A stretch of DNA of 64,000 nucleotides from Elusimicrobiota bacterium (GTDB lineage: Bacteria > Elusimicrobiota > Elusimicrobia > UBA1565 > JACRDR01): positions 22,973 to 86,972 of the forward strand of contig JBGFSC010000005.1 of the NCBI GenBank assembly GCA_041694815.1, in the 5' to 3' direction. The position numbers were made by a program, and so were the translations under genes. A model generated the notes under the pieces. The model was given only the letters and a program-made list of their open reading frames with translations, ran no database searches and had not been told where the DNA came from. Positions 48,113 through 56,742 of this stretch are shown piece by piece. Numbering within the stretch: position 1 is the stretch's first letter; each line of letters starts with the position of its first letter.

Positions 48113-49029
48113 GAGCGGCTAAATTTCAGGGTGAGCGAAAAGTATTGGGTGTACCCGAGATCGCCTAAGGGAACCCAGGCGTAGTCGAAACCGTACCCGC
48201 GCCATTGCAGGCCCAGCCCCATCGTCAAGCCGTTGAGCCCGGAAGAACGCCTTAAGGCGTCCGTCTTGTACCCTCCTCGAAGGGACAGAGCCCCGACCGG
48301 CCTCCATTCCAATCCCGCGCGGGCGAACGCGGTCCCGCTGCGCGTGCCCCCTGCCTCGAAGGCCAAGGTCAGCGGGTCGATAGCGAGGTACGACACGCCG
48401 GCCCGATACTGCATCGGCTGCGGGTCCCCAGCGCTAATGAATTTCACCTGGGAACCGATGTTCGACCCGACCGCGGCCAAGGAGAGCCGGCGGTTGAGGC
48501 GTAGCAGCGCGCCGGCATCCGCGCTGAATGCGCTGGAGGAGAACTCGTCTATGCGCCCCTGGATCCATCTCCCCGTCACCCCTATAGACAGAGCGGGGTG
48601 CACGGCGATCCCGTAAGCCGCGGAGTAGGCGGCGAAATATCCGGTGAAATCCCCGGTCGGGTTGCCCATGGCGTCGGCCCCGCTCACCTTCCCGGGCCTG
48701 AAATAGTGGGCCGAAAGTCCGAACGCCCCGCCTCTGGGGAACGGATGAACGAAGCTCAAGAATTCGTAGCCCATCGAATCTACGTAGGACAGATGGGTCA
48801 GGGAAAGTTCGGAGGCTTTAAGAAAACCCAATCCCCCCGGGTTCCAACTCGGGGCGTAAGCGTCGACTGACAGGGAGCTGTAGGCCGAACCCATCGCCGC
48901 CGGCCGCCCGCCCAACGGAATGTCCAGGAAGGAGGCCCCCTCGGTACCGGAGGCCGCGAGCGCCAGGAAAGGAGCAGGGACGAGAAACGCGGCCAACAAG
49001 GCTGCCAGTACCATCGCCCGTGCCGACAT
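48109..49029 (-). CDS. PorV/PorQ-like (FadL-fold) outer-membrane beta-barrel
   Basis: GASFLDIPLGGRPAAMGSAY...WNPGGLG hatch motif, beta strands, FDYAW...GDLG, aromatic C-terminal strand. Confidence 0.8.
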   Translation of the reverse strand: MSARAMVLAALLAAFLVPAPFLALAASGTEGASFLDIPLGGRPAAMGSAYSSLSVDAYAPSWNPGGLGFLKASELSLTHLSYVDSMGYEFLSFVHPFPRGGAFGLSAHYFRPGKVSGADAMGNPTGDFTGYFAAYSAAYGIAVHPALSIGVTGRWIQGRIDEFSSSAFSADAGALLRLNRRLSLAAVGSNIGSQVKFISAGDPQPMQYRAGVSYLAIDPLTLAFEAGGTRSGTAFARAGLEWRPVGALSLRGGYKTDALRRSSGLNGLTMGLGLQWRGYGFDYAWVPLGDLGYTQYFSLTLKFSRS

Positions 49030-49092
49030 GGCGGCAGTATAAACCGGCGAATGGGTCGATCGAGTGCAGGCCCGGTAAAATGAGTATGTGGA

Positions 49093-51543
49093 CTATTTGA
49101 GCACGGCAATACGCCCGCGCGAGTTTCCCCCCCGCGAATCCGTGATCACATAGAGATAAAAGCCGGAAGCGACGGCCTGGCCCGCGTCGTTGGTCAAGTC
49201 CCAGGAAGCTTTGCCGTTGACGGCCCTCAGGCTTTTGAGCCATTTTCCCGACAGCGTGAATATCTTGACCGTGCTGCCTTCCCCTAAAAGATCGAACACC
49301 ACAGGCACCCCCCCGTGCCGATCGGATTTCCAAGGATTGGGGAATACCTGCATGCCGCCGGGCGAAATGGCCGGAGCCGGCGCGCGGATCGCCAAGGCAA
49401 CCCAAGGGGAGCGTCCGCCTCCGGGAGGCGGGTTAAAAACCGTGATCTGGGCCGTGCCAGTGGAGCGCACGTCCTCGGACAGGATCACCGCTTCGAGCCG
49501 ATTGGGACTCAGCACGCGGGTCTGGCGGTCGGCCCCGTTGAATTGCAAGGTCGCTCCAGCGGCGAAGCCCTCGCCAATCGCCTGCAAGGAAAAGAGTCCC
49601 TGTCCCGCGGTCACGAAGCCGGGGCTCAAGGAGAACACCCGGGGGATGGGATTAGAGGGCTGCGGAGCCGGCGCGGGCCCGCCGATCCCCACGCCGACGC
49701 CCCTCGAGGGCGCCTCCTGGTTTCCGCTGTCGTCGACGGCCCGGCTCATCAAAACGCGCCCGCCGCTGCCGGAAGGCTTCCATTCGTAGCTCCATGCCTC
49801 CCTTCCCTTAGCCGGGCGCCAGCTGGCGCCGCCGTCCACCGAGACTTCCACGGCGCCGACGATGCCACCGCCCGAGTCCGCGGCGGTGCCGGCGATGAGC
49901 ACCGCGGTCCCGGTGGAAAATACGGTCCCTTCGGACGGGGAAAGAATGCCGGAAGAAGGCGCTTGCGAGTCAGCGGAAGCGAAGGCCGCCACTAGATTCG
50001 CCTGGGGAGATCCCGGCTGGGAATCCATATCCGCCAGGAGATTGCGGGTGGCCTGCTGCAAATCCCGGTAGGCGGGCTGCGGCGGATTCGGGGCGTCATG
50101 ATGGCTGTCCAAGCCCCAGGTCCATTGCATGGTGCCGGCGCCGAAAACCCTGGCCCCGCTCGGGCTGCGGTAAAGGGTAAGGGTATGGGTCGCCGTCCCG
50201 GGAATATACGTGTAGCCCGGGCCCAATTGCCGCCGGTCCACCGCGTAACTGCTCGAGGAAAGGTGCATCAAACCGGCGGGCCTGTAGCCATTGTCGATGT
50301 CCTCGTCCCATTCGTAGCCGAGGATCTGCTCGTAGACCGACTCCGTCCCCGGTGTCAGGCTCGCCACGGAGGTGTTGCGCCAGAAACGATGCCGCGCGAA
50401 ATCGGACGGAACGATCAGGGCGTCGTTGCGAAACGGCCCGACGGTGTATTCCTGCCCCGAGAGGGAGTTGGGGTGCTTGCCGCCGTCGGAAGGCGGGCTG
50501 AAACGATGATCCCACCAATAGCCGGTCCAGGAAGGAGGGCTCATCGGGTCCCGGGTATTGTTGACGCTTTCCTTATAACAGACCATCGTGCGATGCGGGG
50601 TTTTGGTCGCGTCGATGCTGGGCTCCCAGCGGATCTTCCAATATATTTCATTGGAGCTAAAAAAGCCCAGATGCACCCCCGCGTCGCGCGCGGCCTCGAC
50701 GGCCTTCCGCTGGGGCCCGGACCAATATTCGTCGTGCCCCACGGATAGGAATACCTTATGGTTGCGGATCAGCTCCCCGCGCCGATCGCTGTCGACGCCG
50801 GTGAAATAGCTCACGTCGTAGCCGTTGGCCTCCAGCCACCGGATCATCGGATACTCGTGGCCCAGCACCCAAGAGGAGGAATAATTCCGCGTCGTGAAAG
50901 GCCGGTTGTAGCTCACCTTGTAAGCGCGGTTAAACGGCATGCTCGGCGCGACGTAGAGGCTGCCGCCTCCATAGCGGTTATAGGCCTGCCAGGTGGTGTC
51001 CGATGTCTGGAACAGTATATCGCTGCGTCCCGCGTCATCTCGAACCACGAAAAAGATATGGCTGGCTCCCCCGGTGTCCGCGCGCGTCAGCTTGGCGAAA
51101 TAGACGCCCGACACGGCCTCGGCCGGCACGCTCCATGACGCCGAGACGGCCCAATTGCCGCAATCGACCAAGCCGGTCGAAGAGTCGCTCAAGCAGGCCG
51201 GCTGGATCTGGGGTAGAACCGCCGAAGGGGAAATCGAGGCAACCTTGCGCGCGCCGGCTCCACGATAAAATCCTAATCGATAGATATCGATCCGGTACTG
51301 GGAGGCGTCCGTATGGATCTTGAAGTCGACGGTCTCGCCTCGATTGACGCTGATTTCGGTGGAAAAACCGACGATGCTGGGATCGCCGGCCTTGGGAATG
51401 TCCCATTCCGTCGAAAGGTTACCCGTTTTGCAGTTTTCCGCGACTACGGCGTTGGCGGGATTGGCGCAGGTGTCCTGGGCAAAGGCACCCCTAACTGCGA
51501 GCGAGGCCGCGCTCAAAAAAAAGGCATAAATCGTTCCACGCAT
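49093..51543 (-). CDS. Exported protein: N,N-dimethylformamidase-beta-like domain + Ig/IPT domains + T9SS-like CTD
   Basis: ENCKTG, TWQAYN.YGG, SVGHDEYWS, GYEWD, GAGTMQW; VEVSVDGG Ig domain; CTD nearly colinear with that of 47093..48112. Confidence 0.8.
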   Translation of the reverse strand: MRGTIYAFFLSAASLAVRGAFAQDTCANPANAVVAENCKTGNLSTEWDIPKAGDPSIVGFSTEISVNRGETVDFKIHTDASQYRIDIYRLGFYRGAGARKVASISPSAVLPQIQPACLSDSSTGLVDCGNWAVSASWSVPAEAVSGVYFAKLTRADTGGASHIFFVVRDDAGRSDILFQTSDTTWQAYNRYGGGSLYVAPSMPFNRAYKVSYNRPFTTRNYSSSWVLGHEYPMIRWLEANGYDVSYFTGVDSDRRGELIRNHKVFLSVGHDEYWSGPQRKAVEAARDAGVHLGFFSSNEIYWKIRWEPSIDATKTPHRTMVCYKESVNNTRDPMSPPSWTGYWWDHRFSPPSDGGKHPNSLSGQEYTVGPFRNDALIVPSDFARHRFWRNTSVASLTPGTESVYEQILGYEWDEDIDNGYRPAGLMHLSSSSYAVDRRQLGPGYTYIPGTATHTLTLYRSPSGARVFGAGTMQWTWGLDSHHDAPNPPQPAYRDLQQATRNLLADMDSQPGSPQANLVAAFASADSQAPSSGILSPSEGTVFSTGTAVLIAGTAADSGGGIVGAVEVSVDGGASWRPAKGREAWSYEWKPSGSGGRVLMSRAVDDSGNQEAPSRGVGVGIGGPAPAPQPSNPIPRVFSLSPGFVTAGQGLFSLQAIGEGFAAGATLQFNGADRQTRVLSPNRLEAVILSEDVRSTGTAQITVFNPPPGGGRSPWVALAIRAPAPAISPGGMQVFPNPWKSDRHGGVPVVFDLLGEGSTVKIFTLSGKWLKSLRAVNGKASWDLTNDAGQAVASGFYLYVITDSRGGNSRGRIAVLK

Positions 51544-51605
51544 CGCCCGCGAGTATATAAACGCCCGGCGGGGGTAGCGATGAACGGAAAGTAAATTGTT
51601 TGCCC

Positions 51606-52772
51606 TTATTTCACGACGGCGAAGCTCTGGTACAGGAAGGAATTGTCCTTTCGGCGGATCTTCGCTATGTAAACCCCCGAGTCGACCAGACGCCCGGAGG
51701 AGTCGCGGCAATCCCATCGCAGCGCCGCGCCGCCTCCCGTGCGCGTCAGCACGGCGATGCGCCGGCCCCCGGCGTCGAAAACTTCCACCGATTCGGCCCC
51801 TGGGCCGAAGAGGGCCGAATCGTTGATGCCGTCGGCCAATGCGGGGCTCAGGAAGCGCTGCTTGGAGCGGCTCTCCTCGCCAAGCGGCGGAGCCGGAGAC
51901 GGGGGAGCCGGGCTCGGGACGGGCTCGGGCGACGGCGCCGGGATCGGTGGCTCGGGGGCCGGAATCGGGCTCTGGGGCGGGTCCGGCGCCGGGACCGGCG
52001 CGGGGCGCGGAGATTCATCCAAGGCGCTTACCGTGAAGCTCCGGAACTTCAAATCGCAGTTGTCGCCGCGGATGCCAACCTTTCCTGGCACACGAATCGG
52101 CGCGCCTCCCATCGAGCCGTCGTCGACCGCGGAGGCCAGGAGGCGGCCGTCAATGAAAAGCTTGAGGCCCACGGAGCCGTCCGCGTTGTTGCGCGCCGTC
52201 GCCTCGATCCGCTGCCAGGCCTTATGCGGAACGCCGTAGGAAACGACGGGGCTTAAGGTGAAGTAACTCCCTCCGTTCGAGGGGCCGCCGGGGATCTTCT
52301 TCTTGATCATGACGGTGCCGTCCCGGCGGTTCAGAGTGACATAATAGGTGTAATATTCGCTCTGATAGCGCAAAAAGAGATGGACGCCGTCGTAATCCCG
52401 GGGGGGCGTCGCCGGGGTGGAGCTCAGGCCGTCGTTGAGCAATTCCAGCCTCAGCGCGATATCCTTGAAGTCGCCGCGCTTCGTCGTCAGTCGAAAAACC
52501 GCCGAGTGCGTGCCGTTGGTGGAGCGCGCGTTCGGCTGGACGGAATCGGGAACCCCGCTCCAACCGCGACCCCGGTCGGCGAAGAGGGAGCCGCTGCTCA
52601 TTTCCCAAATATCGGATTTGACGGCGTTCGGGTCGTTGGGGAACCAATAGGCGAACTCGTTGGTCACCAGGCCGTCCGGCAGATTCTCGAACGAGTAGCT
52701 GGCCAGGGTCTCGGCGGCCAGAGGCATCCGCGACACAACGAACAAAACGCACGCGAGCCATGCGTGTCTCAT
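51606..52772 (-). CDS. Exported beta-sandwich (lectin/ConA-like) protein with Pro-rich linker and FlgD-Ig/CTD-like end
   Basis: Signal peptide at MRHAWL, GKVGIRGDN, PAP/PEP linker, VFDAGG...WDC...SGVYIAKI. Confidence 0.72.
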   Translation of the reverse strand: MRHAWLACVLFVVSRMPLAAETLASYSFENLPDGLVTNEFAYWFPNDPNAVKSDIWEMSSGSLFADRGRGWSGVPDSVQPNARSTNGTHSAVFRLTTKRGDFKDIALRLELLNDGLSSTPATPPRDYDGVHLFLRYQSEYYTYYVTLNRRDGTVMIKKKIPGGPSNGGSYFTLSPVVSYGVPHKAWQRIEATARNNADGSVGLKLFIDGRLLASAVDDGSMGGAPIRVPGKVGIRGDNCDLKFRSFTVSALDESPRPAPVPAPDPPQSPIPAPEPPIPAPSPEPVPSPAPPSPAPPLGEESRSKQRFLSPALADGINDSALFGPGAESVEVFDAGGRRIAVLTRTGGGAALRWDCRDSSGRLVDSGVYIAKIRRKDNSFLYQSFAVVK

Positions 52773-53686
52773 CCCCCCACCCCGCCGAATAACAGCCGGA
52801 CCCCGATCAGATGCGAGCCGACGCTGCCGCCCAGGAGGTTGCGGTTGAGCACCAAGGCGTAGTCGACGCCCATGCGCCCCTTCTGTATGCCGAATCCGCT
52901 CGTGATCTCGTCGGGATTGACCCCGATCCGGAAAAGCACCTCGGCGTCCCACACGCCGGAAATACGCTTTTGCAATCCCACCGTCGGCAGAACTCGGCGG
53001 GCCCCTCCGGGGTAGGTGGCGCCGCGCACCGCCAGCTCGGTCGTGACCGTCAGCACACGGCCCCCTACGGGAAACGCGACCGCCGCGCGCCATTGCCTGG
53101 CGACACGGTCCTCGGAGGCGAGCCCGACATCCGGACGGTTGAAATTCTTGACCGAGAACCCGACGTCGAAACCGGGGGCGATCGGGTACACGGCCCCGAA
53201 GTCCAACCCGAGCGCCGAACGGGAAGTCCCACCGCGGAAAACCGGATCCTCCGAATCCTCGCCCTGCGGGGAAAAGGAATGCTGGAGCCAATTGGCGGAG
53301 ACGCCGAGCTGTACGCCCAGGGGCAGCTTCCGGGCGACGGTGAAGGCCATGGTCCGCTCTTCCATGAGCCCGGAAGCCCGGAAACTGCCGTAGCCTAGGC
53401 CGAAGCTCCCCCAACGGGTCGGGACGCCGGCCGCGATAAGATTCGTCCCGATCTCCCCGATGCCGTCTAAACCCGCATACAAGCCGCTGCGCATGAAATA
53501 GCATTCCGGGCGGGGCAATCTCGCGATGCCAGCCGGGTTCAAAAATATCCCGGCGGAGTCGTCGGCGGCGGCCACGGAAATGTTTCCCAGGGCGGCCGAG
53601 CGCGGGCTCAATATCGGCTCCTGAAAGGCCGCCTGCGAGGGCGCCGCGCTCCCCAGAAAAAATAAAAACGCCGCGAGGCGTCTCAT
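52769..53686 (-). CDS. PorV/PorP-like outer-membrane beta-barrel
   Basis: SPRSAALG...FLNPAGIA hatch motif, NFNRPD, VDYA, C-terminal strand. Confidence 0.75.
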   Translation of the reverse strand: MRRLAAFLFFLGSAAPSQAAFQEPILSPRSAALGNISVAAADDSAGIFLNPAGIARLPRPECYFMRSGLYAGLDGIGEIGTNLIAAGVPTRWGSFGLGYGSFRASGLMEERTMAFTVARKLPLGVQLGVSANWLQHSFSPQGEDSEDPVFRGGTSRSALGLDFGAVYPIAPGFDVGFSVKNFNRPDVGLASEDRVARQWRAAVAFPVGGRVLTVTTELAVRGATYPGGARRVLPTVGLQKRISGVWDAEVLFRIGVNPDEITSGFGIQKGRMGVDYALVLNRNLLGGSVGSHLIGVRLLFGGVGG

Positions 53687-53820
53687 TGAATCAATGTATC
53701 AAAACTCGCCGGGCGCCGCCGGACGGCCGTAACAGTTTCTTAATCAATCCTTTACACGGACTCCATGGACTCTAAGACGGGGGGCGGTTAAAATGCCACC
53801 TCACATTTACCGGAGGTTCC

Positions 53821-54831
53821 ATGTCGAATACTCGAATGGCCGCGCGTCGCTGGGGAATTGTCTTGGCAGGGGGAGAGGGCTCCCGCCTGCGCCCCTGGAC
53901 CATGCGTCGCCTCGGCTTCCACCGACCCAAGCAGTACTGCGCCTTCCTCGGCGAGCGGAGCATGCTGGAACACACGATCGACCGCACCGCCGGGCTCATC
54001 CTACCCGAGCGCTTGGTGACCATCATCGGGCGCGGCCATTGGGCGCATCTGGAGGAGCCTCGCCGCCAATCGGTCCCCGGCATGATCATCGAACAGCCCG
54101 GGGAGAGGGACACCGGGCCGGGGGTCTTCTTGCCGCTGACCTACGTCATGGCGCTCGAGCCGGAGGCCACCGTGGCCGTTTTCCCATCGGACCATTTCAT
54201 TTTTCCGAAGACTGAGTTCCAGCGCCTCGTCGAGCAAGCCTTCGATCTCGCCGAGTTCCTGCAGGACCGAATCGTCCTACTAGGGGCGGCGGCCGACCGC
54301 CCCGAGCCCGAATACGGATGGATCGAGCCAGGAAGAGCGCTGGAGGAGGGTCCGCTCCGCTCCGCCTGCGCCGTCGAGCGATTCGTTGAGAAGCCGGATC
54401 TGCGCACCGCCGACTCCCTTTTCCGACGCGGCTGCCTATGGAATACCCTGATCATGGTTTTTAAAGGTAAGGCGCTCTGGTCCATGGGCCAGGCCCTCTT
54501 CCCCAAGATGCTCCATCGCTTCGAAAGCCTTCGCCTGGCCCTCATCGGAGGAGGCGGCGCGCCGGAAGCGGCGGCGGTCTACGAGGGGATGGAGCGGGTC
54601 AATTTCTCGAGCGGACTGCTCGCGCGCTTGCCCGCCAAGACGGTGGTCGTGCCGATGCACGGAGTTCTTTGGAACGACTGGGGCCGCCCGGAACGCATTT
54701 CGGAGACCCTGGCGGCCATGGGAAGCGTCTTGGCGACCGAACCGGCCGACGCCGATGGTCTCGTTCATCCCCTCAATAATAACAAGTTGCCGCCGCTATA
54801 CACCCCCGAGCCCACCCTGCGCATACAATAG
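53821..54831 (+). CDS. Sugar-phosphate nucleotidyltransferase (mannose-1-phosphate guanylyltransferase-like)
   Basis: LAGGEGSRL, PKQ, RDTGP, PSDH, YGWI, FVEKP, WNDWG. Confidence 0.85.
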   Translation: MSNTRMAARRWGIVLAGGEGSRLRPWTMRRLGFHRPKQYCAFLGERSMLEHTIDRTAGLILPERLVTIIGRGHWAHLEEPRRQSVPGMIIEQPGERDTGPGVFLPLTYVMALEPEATVAVFPSDHFIFPKTEFQRLVEQAFDLAEFLQDRIVLLGAAADRPEPEYGWIEPGRALEEGPLRSACAVERFVEKPDLRTADSLFRRGCLWNTLIMVFKGKALWSMGQALFPKMLHRFESLRLALIGGGGAPEAAAVYEGMERVNFSSGLLARLPAKTVVVPMHGVLWNDWGRPERISETLAAMGSVLATEPADADGLVHPLNNNKLPPLYTPEPTLRIQ

Positions 54832-54906
54832 CCCCTAGGCTTGTGAGACAAGCCTAACGCCCGCGCGGGACGCGACGTTTCACGCGCGTGTGCGGCGGAG
54901 GGGTCT

Positions 54907-56742
54907 ATGTGCGGAATCGTCGGATACATCGGCCAGCGCCAGGTAGTGCCCATCTTGCTGGGAGGCCTCAAAAGCCTCGCCTACCGCGGCTACGACTCGG
55001 CTGGGCTGGCCGTGCTCTCGGAAACCGGGCTGCATGTGCGGCGGGCCGTCGGTAAGATCGACAACCTGAGCAGCCTGCTCACCCTCCGGCCACTGCCAGG
55101 CCGCGTGGGCATCGGCCATACGCGCTGGGCCACCCATGGGCGCCCCTCGGAAGAAAATACGCACCCGCATCTCGATTGCTCCTCCAAGATCGCGGTCATC
55201 CATAACGGGATCATCGAGAACCACGGACCCCTCAAGGACAGGCTCCTCACCTCGGGGCATGCCTTCCGATCGGAGACCGACACCGAGGTGATTTCCCACC
55301 TCGTGGAGGAAAAGCTGGCCTCCGTCGGGTCGCTGCGCGAGGCGCTGCGGCTCGCCCTGCGGGAGCTCGAGGGGGCCTACGCCATCGCGGTGCTCTGTTC
55401 CGACTTCCCGGGGGAGCTGCTAGCGGCCAAGACCTCCTCACCCTTGGCTGTCGGGCTCGGCGAGGACGAGGCCTTCCTGGCGTCCGACGTGCCGGCGTTC
55501 CTCGAATATACCCGTGACGTGATATACCTCGACGATGGGGAAATGGCGGCCTTCAGCGTCCGCGAGGCCGAATTTTCCGACATCCGCGGCCACCGCATCC
55601 GGAAAAGCCCCACCCGCGTCTCATGGAACCGCGGGATGGCCGAGAAGGCCGGTTACCGCCATTTCATGCTCAAGGAGATCCACGAGCAGCCCCGTGTGAT
55701 CGCCGACACCTTGCGTGGCCGCACCTTGCCGCTTTGCAATGGGATCCTGGAGCGGGAAACCGGGATGGACCGCGGATTCTTGAGCGGGGTATCGTCCGTG
55801 CATCTCGTGGGCTGCGGCACGGCACATCACGCCGCGATGGTCGGCAAGTACCTATTGGAGCGTTTCGCCCGGATCCCGGCCCAGGTCGAGACCGCCTCCG
55901 AATTCCGCTACCGCGAGCCCATGCTCTCGCCTTCGACCCTCGTCATCGCGATCAGCCAGTCCGGCGAGACCGCCGACACCTTGGCCGCCGCGCGCCTGGC
56001 GAGGCAATCCGGCTGCAAGGTGCTCTCGATCTGCAACACCGTGGGCTCCGCCCTGACCCGCTGCGCGGACTTCAATTTCTACACTCATTGCGGGCCCGAA
56101 TGCGGCGTCGCCTCGACGAAGGCCTTCGTGGGCCAGCTGGTCGCCCTGAGCGCGCTGACCCTGCATCTCGGCGCGAGCCTGGGCCGGCTGAGCGAGCAGG
56201 AGGGGCTGGCGTGGGTCTCGGAGCTATCGCGCCTGCCGGAGCTCGTGGAGGCGGCCTTGAAGCTCGAGCCGGAGGTCCAGGATATCGCCCGCCACTACTG
56301 CAGGGCCGAGCACTTCATCTACATCGGGCGCACCTTCAACTACCCTACCGCATTAGAGGGGGCCCTCAAACTCAAGGAGATCTCCTACATCCACGCCGAG
56401 GGATACGCCGCGGGTGAAATGAAGCACGGGCCCATCGCCTTAATCGACATGGCCATGCCGGTGGTCGCCATCGCCACCCACTCCAAGGTCTTCGACAAGG
56501 TGCTTTCGAACATCGAGGAGGCCAAGGCCCGACGGGGCCAGATCATCGCCCTATGCACGCAGGGCGAGAAGCGGCTCTACGGCAAGGCGGACCGCATGCT
56601 CGAGCTGCCCAAGGCGGGAGAGTTCCTGTCGCCGATCGTCAACGTAATCCCCCTGCAACTGCTGGCCTACCACATCGCCGACCTGCGCGGCTGCGACGTC
56701 GACTGCCCGCGCAACCTGGCCAAGAGCGTGACGGTCGAATAG
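54907..56742 (+). CDS. glmS: Glutamine-fructose-6-phosphate transaminase
   Basis: MCGIVG, GHTRWATHG, SQSGETADT, PRNLAKSVTVE. Confidence 0.96.
   Translation: MCGIVGYIGQRQVVPILLGGLKSLAYRGYDSAGLAVLSETGLHVRRAVGKIDNLSSLLTLRPLPGRVGIGHTRWATHGRPSEENTHPHLDCSSKIAVIHNGIIENHGPLKDRLLTSGHAFRSETDTEVISHLVEEKLASVGSLREALRLALRELEGAYAIAVLCSDFPGELLAAKTSSPLAVGLGEDEAFLASDVPAFLEYTRDVIYLDDGEMAAFSVREAEFSDIRGHRIRKSPTRVSWNRGMAEKAGYRHFMLKEIHEQPRVIADTLRGRTLPLCNGILERETGMDRGFLSGVSSVHLVGCGTAHHAAMVGKYLLERFARIPAQVETASEFRYREPMLSPSTLVIAISQSGETADTLAAARLARQSGCKVLSICNTVGSALTRCADFNFYTHCGPECGVASTKAFVGQLVALSALTLHLGASLGRLSEQEGLAWVSELSRLPELVEAALKLEPEVQDIARHYCRAEHFIYIGRTFNYPTALEGALKLKEISYIHAEGYAAGEMKHGPIALIDMAMPVVAIATHSKVFDKVLSNIEEAKARRGQIIALCTQGEKRLYGKADRMLELPKAGEFLSPIVNVIPLQLLAYHIADLRGCDVDCPRNLAKSVTVE

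Noticed and set aside
54832..54906. glmS ribozyme upstream of glmS
   Set aside because: Only 75 nt intergenic and no recognisable ribozyme core
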